64,000 nt of DNA from Bacteroidota bacterium (GTDB lineage Bacteria; Bacteroidota; Bacteroidia; Palsa-965). The DNA lies in assembly GCA_046335555.1 (NCBI GenBank), contig JBKDHA010000023.1, forward strand, positions 1,153 through 65,152, in the 5' to 3' direction. The notes below the pieces were generated by a model. That model ran no database searches. It was not told the origin of the DNA and saw only the letters and a program-made list of their open reading frames with translations. Every line of letters begins with the position of its first letter. Position 1 is the first letter of the stretch. Shown here in pieces: positions 56,312 through 64,000 of the stretch. Both the position numbers and the translations under genes were made by a program.

Positions 56312-56393
56312 GAATAGGGGTAATGATTACCATGCAAAACTAAATCAATAAGCGCAAAAGCACAAGTAGTTTCATTAATTTCGGGCATTCCAA

Positions 56394-57737
56394 TTGCTTA
56401 TGTCAGCCACAACCAAACCTCGTGTTCTTATTATTACCTATTACTGGCCGCCATCAGGTGGTTCGGGTGTGCAGCGTTGGCTGAAGTTTACAAAGTACTT
56501 GCGCGATTTTGGCTGGGAACCGATTATCTACACTCCAGAAAATCCGGAGTACCCGGCAATCGATAAATCACTTGAAAAAGATATTCCGGAGGGCATTACA
56601 ATTCTCCGGCAGCCAATAACAGAGCCTTACGCGGCCTACCGTAAATTTACCGGGCGCAAGAAAACTGATAAACTTGGAGCTGGTTTTGCATCCGAAAAAA
56701 AGCAGGTTTCATTCACCGAGAAACTATCGCGCTGGGTGCGGGGAAATTTCTTTATTCCGGATGCCCGCCGGTTTTGGATCCGGCCTTCGGTAAAGTATCT
56801 CAATCAATGGCTCAGTGCAAATCATGTTGATGCCATTGTTTCTACAGGCCCTCCGCACAGCATGCACCTGATTGCGCTGGGTGTAAAAAAGAAATTTCCG
56901 GCAATTAAATGGCTGGCCGATTTTCGTGATCCCTGGACCAATATTGATTTTTATGATCAGCTCATGCTGACTGTATTGGCCGACAGAAAGCATCACCGTT
57001 TGGAAGCATCTGTGCTTACACATGCAGATGTTGTAGTGAGTGTTGGACATACGATGAATGAAGAGTTTAAGGAACTCTGGAAAAATAAACATCCCGGCCA
57101 ACTGCTTCCCGATAAATTTAAAGTGGTGCACAATGGTTACGATCATGCCGATACTGCTGCACAAAACACAGAACGCGATTCGAAATTTTCGCTTGCACAT
57201 ATCGGTACGCTCAATGCTTCTCGCAATCCGCAGATGCTCTGGAATGTGCTGCGGAAACTTGTTTCAGAAAATGAAGAATTTGCTTCCGACTTTGAGCTAA
57301 AACTAGTTGGTCAAGTTGATGCAGAAGTCCGGGAATCAATTCAGAATGCGGGCTTAGACAAATATCTTATCAAAATCGACTACCTGCCGCATGCGGAAGT
57401 AATGAAAATAACCAACAGTTCGCGTGTGCTGTTGCTGCTGATAAACCGTACCCGAAATGCAAAAGGCATTCTTACCGGAAAAGTATTTGAATATATGTCA
57501 ACCGGCAATCCGGTTTTAGCCATTGGTCCGCCAGATGGTGATCTGGCTCATTTACTGAAAGAAACTTCCGGTGGCCGCATTAGCGATTTTGATGATGAAA
57601 ATGAACTTCGCAACAACTTGCTTGAATTACATCGAGCATATCGTGCAGGGACATTAACAACTAACTCAGTTTCAGGTGTCGAAGCATATTCCCGGAAGGC
57701 ATTAACAGGAAAAATTGTTGAGTTGCTAAAAAGCTGA
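56394..57737 (+). CDS. Glycosyltransferase family 4-like protein
   Basis: PRVLIITYYWPPSGGSGVQRW N-terminal GT4 motif. 447 aa. Confidence 0.7.
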   Translation: MLMSATTKPRVLIITYYWPPSGGSGVQRWLKFTKYLRDFGWEPIIYTPENPEYPAIDKSLEKDIPEGITILRQPITEPYAAYRKFTGRKKTDKLGAGFASEKKQVSFTEKLSRWVRGNFFIPDARRFWIRPSVKYLNQWLSANHVDAIVSTGPPHSMHLIALGVKKKFPAIKWLADFRDPWTNIDFYDQLMLTVLADRKHHRLEASVLTHADVVVSVGHTMNEEFKELWKNKHPGQLLPDKFKVVHNGYDHADTAAQNTERDSKFSLAHIGTLNASRNPQMLWNVLRKLVSENEEFASDFELKLVGQVDAEVRESIQNAGLDKYLIKIDYLPHAEVMKITNSSRVLLLLINRTRNAKGILTGKVFEYMSTGNPVLAIGPPDGDLAHLLKETSGGRISDFDDENELRNNLLELHRAYRAGTLTTNSVSGVEAYSRKALTGKIVELLKS

Positions 57738-57762
57738 TAATAATTACAAATAGTCAAACACA

Positions 57763-57802
57763 AAACAGCCGCACTGAACATTCAGTGCGGCTGTTTTCTT
57801 TA
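57763..57802. terminator. Bidirectional rho-independent terminator between the convergent GT4 and M1 peptidase genes
   Basis: AAACAGCCGCACTGAA-CA-TTCAGTGCGGCTGTTT followed by TCTTT. The 16-bp stem is perfect. Confidence 0.75.
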
Positions 57803-57816
57803 CAATCAGATCAGAA

Positions 57817-60800
57817 TTAAAACGCTCTGCTCACACCAACTACCCAACGCATCTGAATATAATCAGGCGATACAAATGGAGTACGATTGAGGAACAGCGG
57901 AATATCGAAACGTAATGTGAGCGGCTTTACTGTTTGAAGCGGGGGGAATCGCTTAATCGTTAATGCAAATCCTACACCTGCATCGGCACGGAAATCAGCC
58001 ATTGCAAGCGATTCATTTGCATAGTTGAAATTAATGATGCCGATATCGCCAAACAGGTAACTCTGCAAACCAATTACATTGCGTACCCGCGGCATGGCCC
58101 GGCCGATAAATCCAAACAACTCCTGGAATTCCAATTCCATGTTGAATGCAGCACCGGTTGTGCCTTTATATACGTTACGCAAATCGCCATACCAATCGGC
58201 ATGCGGTGTTACATAGCCTGAATAGCCGCGCAAATTCAATCCGCCGCCCGCATGGAAGTGATTTACATCGTTACCGAATTCTGCCCATGTAGTGGGGAAA
58301 AGACCTATCGAGCGGGTGTACTTGCTTTCCATCAACTGCTCAGGATTTGCTCCTGATAAAAACAGCATCGACTCTGTTGCCCAGTTTAATCCGGTTCCGG
58401 CCTGTGCAAACAAACGGGTGTTGATGTTGATTTTACCGAGATCATTACGGTTAACCACATTCAGTTGTGCATACTGGTAGTCGTAATCGCTGCCGATGGC
58501 TGTTGAACGCAGATTAAGCTGAATAACACCATTGCCGCGCTTGTAGCTGTAAGGATGCTCGTAACCGAGATTGATGCTGTTGTTAAACTTATCAGGTGTC
58601 CACTCGCCGGGATAAACAAGGTAGTTGAGATCCGATGAATCGGCACGGTGCAGCATTTTGAATGCAACAGTAAATTTGTGTTTCAGGTTTTTGCTTTGCA
58701 ATTCAAGTCCAGTGTTCACAAGATTCAAACCATCGAGATGTCGGCCTGTGAAAAAGAAAGCAGAGTTCTTCACCAACTTCGGAAGCGGCGTGCGATAGTT
58801 GAGCTGAACTGAAAACTGATCAAACTCATTGAACGCAGCTCCTTCCGGCAACTGGCTTTGACCTATACCTGTATTGTAATGAAACCAGAGGTCGAAAACA
58901 TGACGTGTGTTCAGGTAATGCCCGCCGAGAAAGAAGCCGGCTTTCATACCGTCGTAACCATTGTACCAAAAATCAGGTCGGGCGCGGAGTGAATAAGCCA
59001 TCCGCGAAGGTGAGTTTGCAATTTTAGAATCGAAACGGAAATCAACCGGAAGTTTGCTGCTGTTGTTTAGCATATTCACATCAGCCATTCGGTGTGTAGT
59101 GTCGATAAACACTTCTGCAATGCCTGAAGGAATTACTACTCTGGCCTGATAGGTTTTTTCGATATTATCCCAGCCGATCCATCGCGGCAGCACAGTTGCT
59201 GTTGTTTGTTTCACAAACCATGTATTCGGAATGTGATAGTTGTATTCTCTGCCTTCGTTTGAGCGAACAGTAAAATCGAGCGGCATTTGCATGCCGTAGC
59301 GTTTAAATGTAATCAAATAGGTGCTTGCCGAATCGCCACGCTTGATGCCTTCTACTCCGTAGTCGATGGTTTGTGAAGTGTTCAGCCATTGATCAAAAAA
59401 CCAGTTCAGGTCAACATGTGTGTATTGAATTACAGAGTTTCTGAAATCTTCAACGTAAGGATGTCCGAATTTCCACTGATTGAAATAATGCTGAATTGAT
59501 TTTAGAAACAGTTCATCGCCCAACACATATTGCAAATTGTACAGCATGGTTGCTGTTTTCATATACACCTGTCTGTAGCCTCCGCCATGACGCAAAGCAC
59601 CTCCGAAATGATCTGAGTGTGTTTCGAGGATAGCCTCTTCACCGCGCACTGCGTCTATGGTGTAGCCTAGCATGATTTCGCTTTCCATGATCAGGTCGGG
59701 TTCGCGGAAGCGTTCGGCATATTTTGAGCGGTAAGGCCACTCGACACGGGTTTCGCCTTTGAGTTTGCGGTAGGCCCAGGCGGTAAGGAATTGCGTAAAA
59801 CCTTCGTCGAGCATGGCGCGGTAGGTTTCATTGCTGCCCACCATGCCGAAGAACCAGTTGTGACCAACTTCGTGTGCAATGAGATCGTAGTAATCGGGAG
59901 CGCGGCCGCCGTCGAGTGTGAGCATCGGATATTCCATGCCGTCGCGGGCATCGGCTACAATCATTTTCGGGTAGGCATACATACCGAAATCGGTAGAGTA
60001 GGTTTCAATCACTTTTGCGGTAAAAGCCGCCGCATCCTGCCAGCCCGAGCAGTGCTGTTCCTGAGCCAATGCAATGCAGCGAATGCCATTCCACTTTACT
60101 TCTCCGATACGGTAGGAGGGATCGGCAGTCCATGCAAAATCATGCACATTTTCGGCATGAAACTTCCATGTTTTTGTAGATCCGTCGCTGGCAATTACTG
60201 TCGAAGGCTGAGTTCCCCAAGGCTTTTTTGCGAAGTTGGCAATGTCTAATTTCTGGCGGAGATCGGCAGGAAGTACTTCGGCTTCGTTTACCAATTCGCC
60301 TGTGGCATCCATCACAAACTGATTGGCAAAAGTGAGTTCCACATCAAACACGCCGAAGTCGCCATAAAACTCCCGCGTTAAATGCTGATCGGTATCCCAG
60401 CCCATTTTCCGGTCATACACCGAAATGCGCGGATACCAATGCACGCCGTCGTAATGCTTGTTTCCGAACTCTTTGTACATCTTCATTCGGCGGCGGATAT
60501 TGCCTCCGTTATCGAAGTAAGTTTTAAAATCCATTGTAAACCGAACGGCAAAACCCGGACGCAGCGGCTTGGGCAGCCATACTTTCAGAATCGTGTTATC
60601 GAGTTCTGTACGAACATCCTGCCCGTCAACTTTAATGTTAGAAACTACAGTGCCGAGACCTTGCTTTTCGTATTGTCCGTATTTCACCGGAAAATCATTG
60701 TTGCGGTGAAGATCATCGGTGTAAGAACCGGGCTGAAAAGCATTTTGGTACAAATGGAAATACACGAACCCAAGCGTATCGGGCGAGTTGTTCCAGTAGG

Positions 60801-61011
60801 TGAGCTCCTGTGATGCGTTGATTATGTCTGTTGCATCATCAACACTGGCTTTGATGCGGTAATGCACATCCTGCTGCCAGTAGCCCTGATAGGGTGCCCT
60901 GTTTTTCCAGTAATTTGGATTTGAGCGTGAACGGTAGGGAATATCAGCATACTGAGCTGAAACGGTTGCAGTAGTAAACAGCAACAAAATGGCGAAAATT
61001 CGCTGAAGCAT
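57817..61011 (-). CDS. M1-family zinc metallopeptidase (aminopeptidase N-like), large secreted form
   Basis: HEVGHNWFFGMVGSNETYRAMLDEGF, i.e. HExxH then E 18-19 residues later. The signal peptide starts at the internal Met MLQRIFAILLLFTTATVSAQ, and the ORF extends to 61065. Confidence 0.8.
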   Translation of the reverse strand: MLQRIFAILLLFTTATVSAQYADIPYRSRSNPNYWKNRAPYQGYWQQDVHYRIKASVDDATDIINASQELTYWNNSPDTLGFVYFHLYQNAFQPGSYTDDLHRNNDFPVKYGQYEKQGLGTVVSNIKVDGQDVRTELDNTILKVWLPKPLRPGFAVRFTMDFKTYFDNGGNIRRRMKMYKEFGNKHYDGVHWYPRISVYDRKMGWDTDQHLTREFYGDFGVFDVELTFANQFVMDATGELVNEAEVLPADLRQKLDIANFAKKPWGTQPSTVIASDGSTKTWKFHAENVHDFAWTADPSYRIGEVKWNGIRCIALAQEQHCSGWQDAAAFTAKVIETYSTDFGMYAYPKMIVADARDGMEYPMLTLDGGRAPDYYDLIAHEVGHNWFFGMVGSNETYRAMLDEGFTQFLTAWAYRKLKGETRVEWPYRSKYAERFREPDLIMESEIMLGYTIDAVRGEEAILETHSDHFGGALRHGGGYRQVYMKTATMLYNLQYVLGDELFLKSIQHYFNQWKFGHPYVEDFRNSVIQYTHVDLNWFFDQWLNTSQTIDYGVEGIKRGDSASTYLITFKRYGMQMPLDFTVRSNEGREYNYHIPNTWFVKQTTATVLPRWIGWDNIEKTYQARVVIPSGIAEVFIDTTHRMADVNMLNNSSKLPVDFRFDSKIANSPSRMAYSLRARPDFWYNGYDGMKAGFFLGGHYLNTRHVFDLWFHYNTGIGQSQLPEGAAFNEFDQFSVQLNYRTPLPKLVKNSAFFFTGRHLDGLNLVNTGLELQSKNLKHKFTVAFKMLHRADSSDLNYLVYPGEWTPDKFNNSINLGYEHPYSYKRGNGVIQLNLRSTAIGSDYDYQYAQLNVVNRNDLGKININTRLFAQAGTGLNWATESMLFLSGANPEQLMESKYTRSIGLFPTTWAEFGNDVNHFHAGGGLNLRGYSGYVTPHADWYGDLRNVYKGTTGAAFNMELEFQELFGFIGRAMPRVRNVIGLQSYLFGDIGIINFNYANESLAMADFRADAGVGFALTIKRFPPLQTVKPLTLRFDIPLFLNRTPFVSPDYIQMRWVVGVSRAF

Positions 61012-61139
61012 ACGCAGTTTCTTTTCGTGAATCGGTATGCGGTAAAGATAATATTTTTGAGGCACGCCGGGAGGTCAAAATAGTGACCAATGGCAGGAAA
61101 TACAGGGTGAATGCGTCTGTAAGCAGTTAGAAAAGTGGC

Positions 61140-61808
61140 TCAGAAAAAGCCTTGTAAACGCTGGTCAAGTTCATCTTCCGAAATAATCTTGTATTCGGCA
61201 GGAACTGCGAAAACGGTTGAATCTATTTTGGCTTGCTGCACTGTGCTTGCTGTAAAATGTAATTCGAGTCCAAACTTTTTGAGTTTGTAGTCCATCAATA
61301 CACCATCAATTTTATAATACGCATTACTCCAGTTCGGGTTAATGATGTTCAGATCTTTAGTGTACCAAACTTCCAGATCAGGACTTCCGTCGGTAAATTT
61401 AAGAATAGCTTTTTGGCAGTTATAACCTGCAATTTTCTTTTGTTCCTTGGTTTCGGTAACGGTATAATCGGGCAGGTAATAATTGCGTTGTTTTATAGCT
61501 GCCGAGTCAAGTACAGCGGCGCGTTTATCCAAAAAACTCACCATGTTGGTGAATGTTTTGTTCTTGTAATCTGAGAGAAAACCGATGTGCATAGCACCAA
61601 CACCTGCTTCGAGTTCGGCAAGCGTGTAGTTACTGTTAAACTTCACCGTCATTTTATCCGGAAACATCATACTCATTGATGATTTCGGATTTACTGGTGT
61701 AGCTTTAAATTCAATAATACCTTCAGAAATTTTATCGGTAGTTGCATCATTCGAGCAGGATGCTGCAACAAACACTGCTGTAAAAACAGTTAAACGAAAC
61801 AGATGCAT
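61140..61808 (-). CDS. Hypothetical lipoprotein
   Basis: MHLFRLTVFTAVFVAASCSND lipobox-like signal. 222 aa with no recognisable domain. Confidence 0.5.
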   Translation of the reverse strand: MHLFRLTVFTAVFVAASCSNDATTDKISEGIIEFKATPVNPKSSMSMMFPDKMTVKFNSNYTLAELEAGVGAMHIGFLSDYKNKTFTNMVSFLDKRAAVLDSAAIKQRNYYLPDYTVTETKEQKKIAGYNCQKAILKFTDGSPDLEVWYTKDLNIINPNWSNAYYKIDGVLMDYKLKKFGLELHFTASTVQQAKIDSTVFAVPAEYKIISEDELDQRLQGFF

Positions 61809-61973
61809 TGATAAGCGGGCGAACATCAGTAACAGGGTCGGTCAGGTGTTTGTTAGTGGCAAGGTAACTATAAATTTTAATCTTGCAAGTGATTTGAAAT
61901 CTGTTCCCGCTACTAAAAAAGCAAGCCCGCTTCCGGAAAGGAAAGCGGGCTTACATTTATTAATTAAGTTCAC

Positions 61974-63371
61974 TTAGTATCCTAACGTTTTCAGCATCGA
62001 TTTATAACTCTGTTCTTTTGCGAAGAGTCGCGTTACAATTTCTCCGTCTTCATCACGATCAATAAGAACATGCTTCGGAGCAGGAATCAAACAGTGCTGA
62101 ATTCCGCCGTAACCGCCCAGCGATTCCTGATAAGCGCCGGTATGAAAAAAGCCAATGTACTGTGATCCCTTTTCCGACGGAGCAACTCTGGGTAAAAACA
62201 CATTGTTTGCATGAGCTTCAGTATTATAGTAATCCATACTGTCGCAAGTTATACCTCCGAGGTTTACTGGCTGATATTCCTTATCCCAATTATTGATAGC
62301 AAGGAGAATAAAACGCTGATTTATTCCCCATGTATCAGGGAGTGTAGTGATGAATGAACTGTCGATCATGTACCATAACTCACGATCATTCTGCAACTTC
62401 TGATCTATAATTGAATAAAGGGCAGCACCGCTTTCGCTAACTGTAAATGACCCAAATTCAGTAAAGATATTGGGTTCCGGAATTTCATAATTATCACAAT
62501 AGCTTTTGATCTGACTAATGATTTCTTCAATCATATACTCATAGTCGTATTCAAAACTAAGTGAGTTTTTAATCGGCATTCCGCCTCCAATATTCAGCGA
62601 GTCAAGCGTCGGGCAAATACGGCGTAAATCATAATAGACCTTGAGGCATTTTGCCAACTCTGTCCAGTAATAAATAGTGTCTTTGATTCCGGTATTGATG
62701 AAGAAGTGGAGCATCTTCAGTTCAAACTTCGGATTGGTGGCAATTTTTTCTTTGTAAAAATCCACGATGTCAACATGGCGGATGCCAAGCCGGGAAGTAT
62801 AAAACTGGAAGTTTGGTTCTTCTTCAGATGCAATACGAATACCTACTTTTTGCTTAGCCACTTTTACGTTTGCGGCATAGTAGTCGATTTCACTTTTATG
62901 ATCAAGTACCGGAATGGTATTGTAGCCATCGTTCGACAACTCGGTAATCAGGCTTAAATATTCTTCTCGCTTGTAACCATTGCTTACAATGAACTTGTTT
63001 TTATCAATCTTGCCTTCTTTGATCAGCTGGCGGATAATGTAAATATCATAAGTAGATGAAGTCTCGATATGCACATCATTTTTCAGCACTTCATCGAGTA
63101 CAAATGAAAAGTGAGAGCTTTTGGTGCAATAACAATACGTATAACTACCTTTGTAATCGACCTTTGCCATGGCTACATTGAAAAGACGCTTTGCCTTTTG
63201 TATTTGATGCCCTATTTTTGGCAGGTAGGTTATTTTCAATGGTGTACCATATTTCTTGATAATGTCCATCAAAGGTATATCATTGAAATGCAGTTCATTG
63301 TCTGTGACGTGGAATCCTTCCTGTGGGAAATTGAACGTTTGTTCGATTAGATCTTTGTAGGTGTTTTCCAT
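61974..63371 (-). CDS. speA: Arginine decarboxylase (Bacteroidota-type biosynthetic ADC)
   Basis: 465 aa PLP fold-III decarboxylase-like sequence. It is divergently paired with an arginase-family (agmatinase-like) gene. Confidence 0.75.
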   Translation of the reverse strand: MENTYKDLIEQTFNFPQEGFHVTDNELHFNDIPLMDIIKKYGTPLKITYLPKIGHQIQKAKRLFNVAMAKVDYKGSYTYCYCTKSSHFSFVLDEVLKNDVHIETSSTYDIYIIRQLIKEGKIDKNKFIVSNGYKREEYLSLITELSNDGYNTIPVLDHKSEIDYYAANVKVAKQKVGIRIASEEEPNFQFYTSRLGIRHVDIVDFYKEKIATNPKFELKMLHFFINTGIKDTIYYWTELAKCLKVYYDLRRICPTLDSLNIGGGMPIKNSLSFEYDYEYMIEEIISQIKSYCDNYEIPEPNIFTEFGSFTVSESGAALYSIIDQKLQNDRELWYMIDSSFITTLPDTWGINQRFILLAINNWDKEYQPVNLGGITCDSMDYYNTEAHANNVFLPRVAPSEKGSQYIGFFHTGAYQESLGGYGGIQHCLIPAPKHVLIDRDEDGEIVTRLFAKEQSYKSMLKTLGY

Positions 63372-63473
63372 TGCGGATAGGTAAATAAATTGTTAAGTAA
63401 CTGACTTGGATAGGTGTTCCAAGTGCAAATGTAAGTAACTCGGATTGCTCTATAACAAATTAACTGCCAAAAT

Positions 63474-64000
63474 ATGAGATCAGTTAAAAAAGTAAAGTTT
63501 ATTGAAATCAAGTCTGAAATTGGTGCTGGTACCCGCGGCGCTAGTCTCGGCCCCGATGCCATTAAGATTGCAGCATTAGATATGGGCGGCGATATCTTTA
63601 ATGAACATGAGATTGTAGAGGTCAAAAATGAGAACCAGATGCTGTTTGAGCCTCCGGGAAGCATTTTTGCCCGCCGCATTAAAGGACTGATTTCCATCTA
63701 CGAACGTCTCTCAAGTGAGGTAATGAAAGCCATAAAAGGCAATTCATTCCCCATTATTCTGGCCGGCGATCACAGTACAGCTGCTGGTTCTATTGCGGGT
63801 GTACGCATGGCTCTTCCGCCAAAAAATACCCGCATCGGAGTGATCTGGATTGATGCGCATGCTGATCTTCACTCGCCTTACACAACACCTTCGGGCAACA
63901 TGCACGGCATGCCGCTGGCGGTTGCACTTGGTGAAGACAACAAGAGTAATCAGATCAATAAAGTAGATAAAGAGACTGCCGACAGCTGGAATAAACTCAA
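63474..64000 (+). CDS. speB: Arginase-family ureohydrolase (agmatinase-like), 3'-truncated by the window end
   Basis: Hand translation gives MRSVKKVKFIEIKSEIGAGTRGASLGPDAIK...ILAGDHSTAAG...WIDAHADLHSPYTTPSGNMHGMP, with the Mn-binding ureohydrolase motifs GGDHS-like and DAHAD. Confidence 0.75.
   Translation, partial: MRSVKKVKFIEIKSEIGAGTRGASLGPDAIKIAALDMGGDIFNEHEIVEVKNENQMLFEPPGSIFARRIKGLISIYERLSSEVMKAIKGNSFPIILAGDHSTAAGSIAGVRMALPPKNTRIGVIWIDAHADLHSPYTTPSGNMHGMPLAVALGEDNKSNQINKVDKETADSWNKL

Noticed and set aside
1-64000. tRNA, rRNA and CRISPR scan
   Set aside because: Reading both strands, I found no GGTTCGAATCC-type T-arm signatures, no conserved rRNA segments and no regularly spaced direct repeats with spacers.

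Overview
This looks like a chromosomal segment from a Bacteroidota genome, probably Chitinophagia- or Sphingobacteriia-like. The taxon is inferred from several T9SS-type C-terminal sorting domains, SPOR-domain envelope proteins, an LptD-like protein and xerD-aroQ adjacency; nothing was searched. Gene density is high and I found no rRNA, tRNA, CRISPR, transposase or prophage signature.

Order of content on the + strand:
- 1..1094: 3'-truncated secreted protein gene (minus strand).
- 1363..2496: rplS and trmD (minus strand).
- 2705..7522: a biotin operon bioB-X-bioF-bioD-bioA, where X is a signal-peptide protein that looks like an outer-membrane beta-barrel.
- 7567..8322: a YhhQ/VUT-family transporter.
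- 8323..9062: a 740-bp AT-rich non-coding stretch.
- 9063..10691: a 542-aa unknown protein.
- 10700..19028: xerD, aroQ, an orphan LytTR response regulator, a T9SS cargo protein, an LptD-like outer-membrane protein, and an AmiC-type amidase with a SPOR domain.
- 19032..20296: two tandem YdeI-family paralogs.
- 20303..25838: M32 carboxypeptidase, DUF423, YceI, saccharopine dehydrogenase, a Pro/Ala/Lys-rich repeat protein, a LOG-family protein.
- 26173..29869: two further SPOR-domain envelope proteins, followed by a ~130-bp array of stacked hairpins.
- 30092..39956: the most notable region, a 12-gene minus-strand Ter-type stress-response/signalling operon. It runs TerC, atypical Ser/Thr kinase, PP2C phosphatase, TerY vWA with a Cys-rich TerY-C tail, a YggT-like small membrane protein, vWA, vWA, TerD, PRTase, HAD, TerD, TerD.
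- 40273..46347: ridA, asnB, a SAM methyltransferase, a ZIP metal transporter, a THUMP RNA methyltransferase, pfkA.
- 46447..46995: an ORF6N domain protein.
- 47361..57737: a glycan biosynthesis locus with an SDR epimerase, a YfhO-like membrane protein, two GT4 glycosyltransferases, two methyltransferases, a Wzx flippase and an embedded T9SS cargo gene.
- 57817..64000: an M1 peptidase, a lipoprotein, speA and the start of an arginase-family (agmatinase-like) gene.

All functional calls come from motifs I read in the translated ORFs and from remembered family knowledge. No database search or computation was possible.
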